A DNA stretch of 64,000 nt from NCBI GenBank assembly GCA_964016885.1, contig OZ024740.1, positions 335,916,001 to 335,980,000 on the forward strand. The letters run 5' to 3'. The position numbers and the translations under genes are program-made. The first letter of the stretch is position 1, and each line of letters opens with the position of its first letter. The DNA is from Eledone cirrhosa (lineage: Eukaryota). Positions 14,750 to 28,070 of this stretch are shown piece after piece. The notes beneath the pieces are model-generated. The model was not told where the DNA came from and made no database searches. It saw only the letters and a list, made by a program, of their open reading frames with translations.

Positions 14750-16530
14750 GTACCATCGACCACAGCTGTCCTGTGGTTACAACACTATCTCTATTGTCTC
14801 TACCATCGACCACAGCTGTCCTGTGGTTACAACACTATCTCTATTGTCTCTACCATCGACCACAGCTATCCTGTGATTACAACACTATCTCTAGTGCCTC
14901 TACCATCGACCACAGCTATCCTGTGATTACAACACTATCTCTATTGTCTCTACCATCGACCACAGCTGTCATGTGATTACAACACTATCTCTATTGTCTC
15001 TACCATCGACCACAGCTATCCTGTGATTACAACACTATCTCTAGTGCCTCTACCATCGACCACAGCTATCCTGTGATTACAACACTATCTCTATTGTCTC
15101 TACCATTGACCACAGCTGTCCTGTGGTTACAACACTATCTCTATTGTCTCTACCATCGACCACAGCTATCCTGTGATTACAACACTATCTCTAGTGCCTC
15201 TACCATCGACCACAGCTATCCTGTGATTACAACACTATCTCTATTGTCTCTACCATTGACCACAGCTGTCCTGTGGTTACAACACTATCTATATTGCCTC
15301 TACCATCGACCACAGCTGTCCTGTGATTACAACACTATCTCTATTGTCTCTACCATCGACCACAGCTATCCTGTGATTACAACACTATCTCTATTGCCTC
15401 TACCATCGACCACAGCTGTCCTGTGATTACAACACTATCTCTATTGTCTCTACCATCGACCACAGCTGTCCTGTGATTACAACACTATCTCTATTGTCTC
15501 TACCATCGACCACAGCTGTCCTGTGATTACAACACTATCTCTATTGTCTCTACCATCGACCACAGCTGTCCTGTGATTACAACACTATCTCTATTGTCTC
15601 TACCATCGACCACAGCTGTCCTGTGATTACAACACTATCTCTATTGTCTCTACCATCGACCACAGCTGTCCTGTGATTACAACACTATCTCTATTGTCTC
15701 TACCATCGACCACAGCTGTCCTAGATTACAACACTATCTCTATTGTCTCTACCATCGACCACAGCTGTCCTGTGATTACAACACTATCTCTATTGTCTCT
15801 ACCATCGACCACAGCTGTCCTGTGATTACAACACTATCTCTATTGTCTCTACCATTGACCACAGCTGTCCTAGATTACAACACTATCTCTATTGTCTCTA
15901 CCATCGACCACAGCTGTCCTGTGATTACAACACTATCTCTATTGTCTCTACCATCGACCACAGCTGTCCTGTGATTACAACACTATCTCTATTGTCTCTA
16001 CCATCGACCACAGCTGTCCTGTGATTACAACACTATCTCTATTGTCTCTACCATCGACCACAGCTGTCCTGTGATTACAACACTATCTCTATTGTCTCTA
16101 CCATCGACCACAGCTGTCCTGTGATTACAACACTATCTCTATTGTCTCTACCATCGACCACAGCTGTCCTGTGATTACAACACTATCTCTATTGTCTCTA
16201 CCATCGACCACAGCTGTCCTGTGATTACAACACTATCTCTATTGTCCCTACCATCGACCACAGCTGTCCTGTGGTTACAACACTATCTCTATTGTCTCTA
16301 CCATCGACCACAGCTGTCCTGTGGTTACAACACTATCTCTATTGTCTCTACCATCGACCGCAGCTGGCCTGTGATCTCTATTGTCTCTACCATCGACGAC
16401 AGTTATCCTGTGATTACAACACTATCTCTATTGTCTCTACCATCGACCACAGCTATCCTGTGGTTAAAACACTATCTCTATTGTCTCTACCATCGATCAC
16501 AGCTATCATGTGATTTCAGCACCATCTCTA
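14750..16530. repeat. 50-bp minisatellite, about 35 copies
   Basis: Unit TACCATCGACCACAGCTGTCCTGTGATTACAACACTATCTCTATTGTCTC with few variants. Confidence 0.97.
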
Positions 16531-17194
16531 TTTTGTCTGATAGACGACAAAATGTCCAACTACCATGTTCCATTATTCACTTAATAAATTTCTTGTAGTC
16601 AGATACTTACACATTCACTGACCTATTGTGAAACTCCCCACCCATTCATTCACTTAATACCAATGCTATTGTTTACCTACACATTTATATAACTTCGATT
16701 AAATTATGAGCTGTTTCTATGCAGATATGTATTTATAGTATAATATATATTTAGCTGCTTAGTGCACAATTTAATATTTAATTGAATTAGCTACCGGCGT
16801 TACCGCTAACAGCCCGCATCGCTGGCATTGCCATGTTTGTGGGCTTATAGTGCGATTAGTTACACATTACGTTGTGAATTATGAAGAATGTGCACAACCT
16901 CTGAGGATGGTTCCAACTAGAAGTGAAATATGTCAAACAATATATTGTTTTCAATCTACGGGAAAATACATAAATGGACATATTTACATGATTACATGAA
17001 ACAATGTATTTGTTTGTTGATTTCCATAGCTTCATAGTTATATCGTGTACTAATTCTGTACAGTTATGTTTTTATGATATATTTCGGCAGTTCAGTACAT
17101 AATTATATATATAATTGTAATAGTATTAGCAAACCTAAGATTTTGGAACAGAATGAAAACGCAGTCAGGATTGGATCTTGCCTATCACTGTAAC

Positions 17195-17272
17195 TATTAT
17201 CATCATCATCATCAGCATCATTATCCTCATTATTATCATCATCATCATCATCATTATCATATCATCATCATT

Positions 17273-17322
<50 letters not shown>

Positions 17323-17405
17323 TATCATCACCATTATTATCATCATCATTATCATCATCATCATTATCATCATTATCATCATTATCATCAGCAGCATCAT
17401 TATCA
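17195..17405. repeat. (ATC)n/(ATT) microsatellite
   Basis: Directly visible; explains the poly-Ile/Ser/His ORFs. Confidence 0.95.
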
Positions 17406-18780
17406 TTTTTATTAGTATTAATCGCAATTTAAGACAAGAAATCAGTGGGGAAATATTAAAACTCGGGAATTAATGTTAAAACAAAAGCGACAATAACGAT
17501 AATGTAGAAATAATCATAGTGTTCAATGATTTACTGTCAATATCCTTTTAGCATAAGCTCATTGCATTTTTCGCTTTTAATCTTAAGACCTTGCTTTCAG
17601 CTTATTTGGCTGCAAACAATACGAAATTACAGTAAAGGTTAACTAAATTAATCGCTTCATATTCTTTCTATCTACAAAGTTTTTCGAATGTTTACTGCTG
17701 AAATTAAAGAAATTTTCAGTTGTAAAATTATTCGAGTGGAGAGACTAAAGGTTAAGTCGAGATTTAAAAATGTTCATCATATTAGATAAATCTTTTAGAA
17801 AATAAATATGTTGTCTGCAATATTTTAGCAAGTAAGATAAGCTCTGTAGTCACTTGACTGCCCGAGATCGATGAAAACAAGAGACTGTGTGGCATGTCTT
17901 ACATAGAAATATCGACATATTAACCTGCTTTTACAGACATTCTATGATGCATACAACTCCATAAAATACATGTGTGCTTATATGAACGTTCGTATTTAAA
18001 ACGGAAGCAAGCAGTTATTTATATATGATAGATTTGAATAATATATATCTGTCAATATAAATTATACATGTATATTTTATATGCGTAAATATAATATATA
18101 TTTTGATACGTCTAAATAATGTTTAAATCCAATTTATGTAACTTAAATTATTATTGAATAGCCGTATGGAATAAATTTTTATCTTGTCGCATAATTCTGG
18201 CTTCAGTTCTTACATTTCGTGATGGATTGTGCTGATAGTAGTTACTTTATATAAGTATATTGGTTGGTATAGTTGGTATAAATATGGTGATACCTCTGAT
18301 AATAACATTAATGCTAACACATATTCTAAAACTCCATTGGCTTTTCCTCACCTAACGTGAAAACTGGTGTTCACTGTAAATTATGTTGTTGTTTTTTTAA
18401 GGAAAATAAAACAAATTCATGAATCGAAAAGTAAAGGAAGCCAAGACATTAATTTCCACAAGTTACCCGTCTTGCCTTGACATGTTTGTTGTCTTCTATT
18501 TTGCAACACACTGTATTTAGGTGTTTTACCAACAATAGCTTTAAATTCTCAAGAAAGAAGAGTCAACTCTAAAAGGGACTATATTATTAAGTGTATCTGT
18601 GTCATGTTTTCCAGCAAAGATTGTAACAATTCGTTGATATACGACACACACAAACGTCAATTTGTATAATATAGTTTTCACCGGGAGTTAAATATATAAT
18701 AAACACGACGAAGACACTAATTTAATAAGTGGCGTAAAAAATGTGTCTTTCCTAATGGGGCTCTTTATTTTGACTTTCCT

Positions 18781-18811
<31 letters not shown>

Positions 18812-19358
18812 ATCTATCTATCTATCTATATATCTATCTCTCTTTCTATCGCTCTCTCTAAAACGACACGCACATCGACACGTATACATAACTTTTAACA
18901 CCCTCATCTCTATCTATCTCTCTTTCTCTCTGTATATATGTGTGTGTGTGTGTGTGTGTGTATGTATATGTGTATGTGTGTACATACATACATACATACA
19001 TACATACATACATACATACATACATACATACATACATACATACATACATACATAAAATACGGACAGTGCAGGAAGAGTGGCAATCTTTCTCATGTACAAA
19101 ACACCGTCGCTATTAGTAATTAATGAATGATAGATATAACAAAATATCACTGTTCCTATGTATTAGATGGTAGATACAGCACATTATCACTGTTGCTAGG
19201 TGACGTATGGTAGATAGAAAAAAACCTTGTCGCTGTTGCTAGGTAACATTTCGTAAATATAACACATTTTTATTGAGGATAGGTAGTAAATATTATATAC
19301 GACACACCTTCCGTGTTGCTAGATTGCCGATGGTAGATAAAACACGTCGTCATTGGTG

Positions 19359-19533
19359 CACACCTGTCACCTTTCCTCCTCCTCCGACGGGGAGATCTCC
19401 CACCCACTTTCTATTGTGAAAATGGATATAGCTTTCATTATGTAGAATCTCCTCAATTTGCCTCATTTCCCCTTGTTTTAGAGCATTTTTTCATGGTACT
19501 CGTCGATGGGGTTTTTAGAGGTGTGTAGGTCTG
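19359..19533 (+). mobile_element. MITE of the CAGACCTGCCAAC-TIR family, diverged copy
   Basis: Aligns by eye with 52194-52388; flanks TTGGTG / TTGTTG. Confidence 0.65.
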
Positions 19534-22500
19534 TTGTTGCTATATACCAGATGATAGCTACGTCACATGTAATAGATGGAAGATGCAGGACAGCGTCACT
19601 GTTACGGTATATATAAACAACTGTTACAGTATATATTACGGTATATATAAACAACTGTTACAGTATATATAAACAACTTCAATGTACTTAGTTTAAAGAT
19701 GGTAGATACAAGAAAACCCTAGTATAGGTGTAGGTCCTAGTTGGTATCTAGAAAACGATCTCAGTGTTGTTATGTGGCTGATGGTAAGTTAGTTCAAAGC
19801 AACTTCGGTCTAACTAAGTCATTCGTAAAAGATAATCTCAATATACCTAGATAGTAAGTGATAGGTAATTATCTGTTAGATAGGAAGTACGAGCCTGTTT
19901 CAGTGTAGCTAGGGGCTTGGTGATAGATACAGGGCAGTATTAATATGCATTGAAGATAGATGATAGATATAAAACAGCCATTGTGTATCTAGTCGCTAGT
20001 TTGTAGGTTCAAGACGATTTAACGTGGCTTGTTGAAAGATGATAGATGTAAGACAGCTTCAATATATTTAGTTACCTGGTGGTAGATACAAAATAGCCTC
20101 AATGTTGATAGGTGTTATGTGGTGGGTAGTAGACAACCAGAATGTTACGAGATGGGGGGTGATAAATAGTGCGGCACTCCGTTGGTTATGATGACGAGTG
20201 TTCCAGTTGATACGATCAATGAAATTAACGTGTAAGTGGCTGAGCATTCCACAAACATTCGTAATCCTCAAGGATATTCAGCGTGACACAGAATGTGACA
20301 AAGCTGGCCCTTCGAATTACAGGTACAACTCATTTTTGCCAGCCGAGTGTACTTGAGCAACATGAAATAAAGTGTCTTGCTCAAGGGCGCAGCACGCCAC
20401 CGGGAATCGAACTCACGCTCATGAGCCGAATATCCTAACCACAAAGCCATCCGCCCTCACGATGATAGTTTCAGTATATATACAAGATAGTTTCAATATA
20501 TATATATTGCTAGTTAGTAGGTAGACGGCAGCTCCAATCTCGCTAGGTGGTGAGGGATGACAGATGCTAGACAATGTATATAGTTGCTAGTTAGTTGGTA
20601 GAAGATAGCCGTAACCTGGCGAAGTTGTAGATGAAAGACATAACCCGGCCTCTATAACGATAGATTGAAGGTAATAAATGGATAGTACAATTATTGTCAC
20701 AACCACTGCTCTTAACCCTGATTTATGATCGTTTCCCTCAGTCATGTGTTATCAGTAGAACTGTTGTCAAGCAGATTGTATTGGTCATATGTGTTCTAGT
20801 GTATGTTATCCTCTATTCGTTTATCTTTGTGTTCGTGTGTTTGTGTCTCTGTGTCTTTGTGGAGTATCCACTGCATATTTAAAACTATCACTGCTAATCT
20901 TGTTACTGATGCAATTGTGATTGTTACTGCTGTTTTTGTTGTTATTGTTGTTACTGCTACTCTTGTTGCTGCTGCTCCTGCTGCTGCTGCTGCTGTTATT
21001 GTTGTAACGTTTGCTACTGATGTTGTTGTTAACGGTTTTGCAGTTAATGTTCAAATTGTTCAATATCGTATTCTGCAGCGATGTCATATGATTATGTAAC
21101 AAACGAAAAAAAATATTTAATCATTTTAGAAAATTCTTCCACTTGGTTAAAGATTAATGTGAAGCCTGTGATTCCTAGTTTACTGAAATAGTAGGACGTC
21201 TTTTTGCCATGCGAATGAAAGTGCTCCAGAGTGACTTTTAAGAATAAAACGGTTGAATGGAGAATACTAGATATTTTAAACTGTCAGCTAAGCGAAGATT
21301 ATTGTGTAATTAACTAGATTGAAACTGAATTTTAACCTGGCTAAATAACATTAACTTTTGTTTAAAAGCTTTTATATGGAAGTGCCAACCCTTTCGTGAA
21401 AATACACTCTAATGAAATACACTCTATTTCAATTAATGAGTGAAGATTTGGGGGGATTTACTAATATTATTTATTCTTTTATTATACTAAGCTACTAACT
21501 GAACATATGATTCGTATATAAAATTTTATTGTAAGATATTCATTTATATAGGAATCCTTTAGGACTAGAGCTAGTGTGGATCGATTTCGTATCAAACGTG
21601 CTAACTTCAGTGAATTAAGTATTTTAAGAAGAGAATGGTGAGCTGGTACAGTGAATAGAAGATAGCTTTAGAGGTGGAATAACTAAACAGAGACTCTTAA
21701 ACTGAGACTGATACATGACAACGACTAAATAAAGATTGCTATATGTGAACTACTAAATGATGAATGCTACATAACAGCTGTTAAAGCATGATTGGTAAAT
21801 TGAGTTTAAATGGTAATAATTGTGTGAACATTGCTAACTCGTAACTGCTAAATAGTGACGAAATGTGTATTTAATAGAAACGGGGATTATTTAATACTAA
21901 CTGATTATTCATGAGTTTAAAATACACAGCGATGGCTCAAGGAAGTATATGATCTACTGATGTATGGAAAATATTGAGTGATCAACAGATTAGGCTTAAT
22001 ATTATAAAAGAGAGATTATCTTGGTTGTAACTTACCAGGCGCTTGGCAAACCTAACAATATCTATCTAATATAATGGTCTTTACTGCTTATTTTGTTTTC
22101 TTTTGTGGTATTTTGTATAATATGTTTTGCTGGTTTTGTTTCTATCTTTACTATATTTACTTACGTTGTGTTTACAAACAGAAATACATCGGTTTTAATA
22201 GAATGATATAACTTCAGATTTTCATCTAAAATAAATACATCGTGTAATGAATGAGTTAGCAACAGTTTCCATGATGAGATATTAATAGTTTCAGTTCATT
22301 TTATTGCTCTCGACTGCATTCCAGTAAACGTCTATATCCTACATTGAGATGTAGATATATAATTAGTTTTGTTGAATCTAATAGCTTTTTATAGATAACC
22401 TCTCATGAACAAATCAGTAAAAATATTTTCCTCTGATGAATATCGATTTTACATTGGCACAAGACTACAGATTTTCGAGGGAGAGGGGTAAATTTAATGG

Positions 22501-22619
22501 GCCATAGTATGGGACATTTCTATTACTCATTTTATCGGTCCCGAAAAGCTGAGGGGCAACATCATTTTGCTTGTTTTGTGTAACCTCGATCAACTCTGAA
22601 GTAACAGACCTATGGTACC

Positions 22620-22935
22620 CACAAACTCACTCCGTATATGTCCTACGTACGAGCAGCTGATTGTTACTTCTGCATCTTCTGTCGCTACCATAATAGTCCT
22701 TGGAGCGGGCGAGATTCTTACTATCCCCCATTCAGGTCGTGTCGACTAACTCGTCACTTCCCTGCTTATCATATCACCACCCATATTACATCCAATACTC
22801 AAGACCGCGCTCTAACCAATACGTCATTTCTTCACAAATCGTCTCTTCTTTGGAATTCTTTCCCTGAAAATATATTTCGTGCAGTTGGTGACTTGCGGCA
22901 GATTCAATGGAACGTTAATGGCATTTATCTCAGCT
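22620..22935 (+). mobile_element. Decayed CR1/Jockey-group LINE 3' fragment
   Basis: SFLHKSSLLWNSFPENIF resembles the CR1-type C-terminus; similar to 42350-42580. Confidence 0.5.
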
Positions 22936-23644
22936 GACTCGAAGGAACAGCGAAAATAAAATTATAAAAGTCAAAATATCACCTATTTTAATATGAATAA
23001 CAAAATATATATTCTAACTGTACCTCTACCCACTTCTTTTGTTCACAGCTATTGTTTTACATCACCATTTAAGTCCTTCAGTTGAACACTCCCATGTCTC
23101 TTGGACAAGGAGTCAGTCACGTGTCATTAGATTCGTTTTAACTACGTCATACAATATATCCAAACTCATGAATATTACTGTGTATTTTTAGCCAATGCAA
23201 ACCACTACCACTGTTTTTCACGGATTCTATATTTTACATAGAATGTTGTTTGTACACTAATGATATTGATTATTTCTCTTGACCAAATGTGATGTCTGTG
23301 ATTGCAGTGAGGGTGATTATATCACTTTTTTTTTTTTGCTTTCTTTACTTTGCATTTTATGTCTGCTGTTAATTCCGTGTTGCTGTACATCATACCAATT
23401 ATTGTTGTATTCTGTGTGAACATACATTAATTGCGCCTAATATTATTGCCGTGGCTAGTAAGGAAAGTAACGGTAGATTTTGTAAATGCTACTTTTAGAG
23501 CCAGATTTTCGTGTGGTTGAAACCAGTGGGTTCTACGTTCCCTCATATTGCGCGCCACCTCGATCAAGTATTTTCTAGTATAGCCTCAGGTTTACCAATG
23601 TCTAGTGAATGGAACTTGGTAGATGGAAACTGCAGAAGCTCTTC

Positions 23645-23676
<32 letters not shown>

Positions 23677-24081
23677 CGGCTCTCCAGTACTCCCCAACTC
23701 TCACTATTATGAGAAAATGGGGCCCACGCTCTGACCGCCCCGAGACCCCTGCGAACAGATTAGAGAAGGCGTTTTCCCAGAGGATGGTGAGGGAGACGCG
23801 CTGGAAGATTACGATAAGCACAATAAATAGGAAACAAATTAGATGACTGTGTATGTATTTATTAATAGAGGCGTATAAAAAAAAATAATGTGGAGTGAAT
23901 AAAAATAAGATATTTAATGGATATATGACTTTTAGTGAATGGTAGTATGTATGATGGTGGTGATGAGAAAAAGTGGAGATGATGTATACGATGATGATGA
24001 TTGGAAATCAGTTAATGAAATAACAGTCAGTGAAATAGAATTAGCAAAATGCTATTTCGTAATGGTAAGAAGCAGTGATGG

Positions 24082-24130
<49 letters not shown>

Positions 24131-24629
24131 AAAATGAACCAGTTAATGGAATAACAGTTAATAAAATAGTAGAATTAGCAAATGGGTAAAATTAGCAAAA
24201 GGATATTTGGTAATTGTAAGAAGCAATGAAATGGTAGAGATTGATCAAATAGTGCTATTCTGTATTCTATGTACTGTGATAATGTCGATGTCTTTACTCC
24301 TAGTTACAATGGAGATAACAGTGATAATAAAGATAATAATGGCAAGGTAGTTGAAATACAGACATGATGATGGTGACGGTAGTAGCAGTATAAAATAAAA
24401 TATGAATGAAAATATATAGAAAAATATGAGATATAAATGATTGTACATTAGTACTACAGCTAATGACTGGTGAAGGTGGAGTGCAATAGTCGTATGATGC
24501 AGAGCTAAATGATTTGGATTAAGAGTTGAAAAGGGTTTGGAAAATTTCCAAAAAAATATCTTCAATTACCGACTGTCTACAAAGTTCGGGTGGTGGTATT
24601 ATTTGAATTGTTAGGACGATGGTTTGACA

Positions 24630-24838
24630 CTATCAGTAGAGCGTCAGACACCATGCTTTGTAGCATAAAGGTAGGCCCCTTTACGTTCTGAGTTCAAATC
24701 CCGCCAAAATTAGCTTGGCCTTTTATCCTTCCGGGATCGATAATATAAAGCACCAGTAATGCACTAAGGTCGTCGATTTAATCGGCTTGCCCCTCCCCTA
24801 AATCTATTGACCTTGTGCCTAAAGTAGAAACAATTACT
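24630..24838 (+). mobile_element. SINE, main family
   Basis: GAGTTCAAATCCCGCC box B and family core. Confidence 0.8.
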
Positions 24839-25925
24839 TAAATTGTTCACAAGTTATAGAAACTAGGATTTCGGATCTACGGTACATACATAATCTGCAG
24901 CCTGACTTAAGGATGGTGGAATGATGCTTCATAGTCAGAACGTATGGGTGGGTGTTGGGTTGGTGTAAGTATGAGTAATGGAGAGTGTGTGGTTGAGGGT
25001 ACAAATAGGTCTTCCTCTATTTGCACATTCCGATACACATCTTTATGTAGTGTGGTTGGGTGTTCCGTGGAACAGCAACAATCCGGTGCAGATTGGTAAT
25101 ATCCTGGGCATGGTTGTGCTTAAAGCAACATAGGCTCATCTTTCTTTTTTTATACTTTCTCTATTTCTCTCCTTTCGCATACCTTCCGTAGTACTTCACA
25201 CCCCACCCACTCCACACACACTAATAATCACACTACCCACATATCCAGCCACACCATCCCCCCTCCGAGTGTTTCCCTATTTATACTGAATCTGCCATTC
25301 AGTCAACTCTGATGATCCAGTGAGAATATTGAGTACACAGGCGAAACTCCAAAGTAACACGGCTTACCACCTAGCAATAATAAATATATTAAATCTCTAC
25401 TTTGGTATTGAGTACTCATTCTCACGCCCATTAATATCACATCATTATATAAACATATATTGTGTATGTATATACACATACACAAACAAATACATATATA
25501 CATACACGCACAAACACAGATATATGTATATATATATATATGCAAATTGTATAAGTGCTCCGCTGTTATGTATATGTGTGTGTTTGCGTGTATATATAAG
25601 TTTGTGAATATGAATTAATTGATTCTATTTATTAGATAATTTATATCCGACTATATTGGGCTTATAGGTCTGGAGAGACCAACAAAGTCAGCTAAATAAT
25701 TCATGTTGTGCAATATTCTTGGGATATTAAAATCTAGTGACTAAATATATTTATATTTATATATATATATATATATATGTTTGTGTGTGTGTGTTTGTGT
25801 GTGGGGATGCCTGTGAGTGTGTGTGTGGTGACTAATTATGTACTTATGTGTGTGCATGTGTGTGTGATTTTGCGCCTGCGTCTGTGTGCAATTGCGAGCG
25901 TGTCTTCTTACCCGTGCGCACATTT

Positions 25926-25986
<61 letters not shown>

Positions 25987-25989
25987 CAT

Positions 25990-26095
25990 ATAGGAAAATG
26001 TATGACCTCGACGGCAGAGCTCGAGCCGTTTCAACGTCCAGAAATAGCCATCGAAACGGCTTGAGCTCTGCCGTCGGGGTCATACATTTTCCTAT
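25990..26095. repeat. Inverted repeat with 43-bp arms and 20-nt spacer between (TA)n tracts; each arm carries the 3' half of a hammerhead
   Basis: 25990-26032 is the reverse complement of 26053-26095 with 2 mismatches; arms read GAAA-CGGC-loop-GCCG-TC. Confidence 0.85.
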
Positions 26096-26171
26096 TACCC
26101 ACTCTACTACCCTAAGTATTGAGTACCCTGGTGCGTTATGGTCTATCTTGTTCCTTACCACAACTCCTTCG

Positions 26172-26221
<50 letters not shown>

Positions 26222-26229
<8 letters not shown>

Positions 26230-26371
26230 ATACTTTGGGAGGGTCATGTTGCCAATAAGAAACACACGCACCAGTTGCTTTCACTTCAATTTAATAAATT
26301 AAATTGAAGTGAAAGCAACTGGTGCGTGTGTTTCTTATTGGCAACATGACCCTCCCAAAGTATAACAATAT
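26222..26371. repeat. Perfect palindrome with 74-bp arms and 2-nt spacer in (TA)n; same family as 54024-54427
   Basis: 26222-26295 is the exact reverse complement of 26298-26371. CATGACCCTCCCAAAGTATAACAATAT and downstream sequence match 54340-54427. Confidence 0.92.
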
Positions 26372-26425
26372 CGGTTTCAACACACGATTTCAGATAAAGA
26401 ATCTTGCTAAACAAATTCAGAAACG

Positions 26426-26469
<44 letters not shown>

Positions 26470-26478
26470 TCATATATA

Positions 26479-26553
<75 letters not shown>

Positions 26554-26565
26554 GTATATATACAC

Positions 26566-26655
<90 letters not shown>

Positions 26656-26954
26656 CCCGGGTTCAATCTGGGCTAACCACAGTAAGTAAGGTACTCAATA
26701 CATAGTAGAGTATACATTTTTAATATGGAAATGACTTCTACAGAACTAAAAGTGTTTCATCTGAAATGAAATCATATATATTATGCTGTTGATTATGTTT
26801 ATTAAAATATTATTTTAACAGCATAATACACGAGATATTATAAACATGCATTTATAAAGACATATTCTATGAAATATGAAAATCAAAGCATATCAGGAAT
26901 ATCTATCTATCTATCTATCTATCTGCTTAACCACCTACTGTCTATTTGTCTTTC

Positions 26955-26992
<38 letters not shown>

Positions 26993-27222
26993 TTGTGTAT
27001 AATGGTAGCTATGGTGCTTCTATAGGCGGTATGCCAAAATTATCCCTCAATATTCAACAGAGTAGAGTGTGGATAGTATAAAAAAAACGAAAAATCAGTG
27101 ATGCATCTGGACTCAATTTATTGCGTGTTACAATAGTTTCGCCGACAGGTATTTCGAGACATGGTCACTGTATAGATCTGGCTGATAAAATCAGTGATAA
27201 AATTTGCTCCGATCGAACTACC

Positions 27223-27313
27223 CGTGTCTGAAGAAACCTGCAGCCGTAGAATCAGCCAGATCCATACAGTGACCATGTCTCGAACTACCTGCCAGCGAAA
27301 CAATTGTAACACG
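27223..27313 (+). ncRNA. Type I hammerhead ribozyme motif with long stem II, inside palindrome 27074-27362
   Basis: Stem I CGTGT/ACACG, core CTGAAGA (27228-27234) and GAAA (27297-27300), palindromic stem III ACAATTGT, GUA site after 27308. Base of stem II is poorly paired. Confidence 0.68.
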
Positions 27314-27462
27314 CAATAAATTGAGTCCAGATGCATCACTGATTTTTCGTTTTTTTATACTACATATATATATATATATATATATATACAAATAAAATAC
27401 AGAGTTATTAACTCATATTGATACTCTGCAATTAAACAAGCTCAAAGTATAAATACTGACTA

Positions 27463-27637
27463 TATCGGTAGAGGGTCGGACGCCATGCTTTGCAGCAAAG
27501 AGTTACGGCGCTTTATGGTCTGAGTTCAAATCCCGCCGAGGTTAACTTTGCCTTTCATCCTTACGGGGTCGATAAAATAAAGTACCAGTAATGTACTGGG
27601 TAATTGCTGGCCTTGTGCCAAAAGTAGAAACAATTAT
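27463..27637 (+). mobile_element. SINE, main family, inserted in the left arm of the nested palindrome
   Basis: Family core and tail; absent from the right arm. Confidence 0.88.
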
Positions 27638-28006
27638 ATAGTAATATATGTATAAATATACACAGTAAATTTCGTGTCTAAAATTAGGGGGGTAGAGAAT
27701 ACCACAAATGTTTTAAATATTTAATCTTAAATATAGAGTAGGATATAATTTTATACTGACCCTATCAAAAACATTTCATCTCTCGGACAGATTAAAGATT
27801 CAATGTTTCGCCCTGAAAATTGTGTTTTTGATAGGGTCAGTATAAAATTATATCCTACTGTATGTTTAAGATTAAATATTTATAACATTTGTGGTATTCT
27901 CTACCCTCGTAATTTTAGACACGAAATTTACTGATGCTCGGTATTTATACTTTGAGCTTGTTTAATTGCAGGGTATCAATATGATTTAATAACTCTGTAT
28001 TTTATT

Positions 28007-28070
<64 letters not shown>

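Noticed and set aside
14750-16530. CRISPR-like regular array
   Set aside because: Contiguous identical units, no unique spacers, no cas genes, eukaryotic context.
16895-16940. CTGAGGA...GAAATATGTC (similar weak hits at ~53640, ~55210, ~60880)
   Set aside because: Stems I and II cannot be formed convincingly; may be old Penelope relics but unsupported.
27800-27850. Minus-strand CTGA-CCCT...AGGGC-GAAAC hammerhead look-alike
   Set aside because: Lacks the NGA of the core and has no stem III or stem I.
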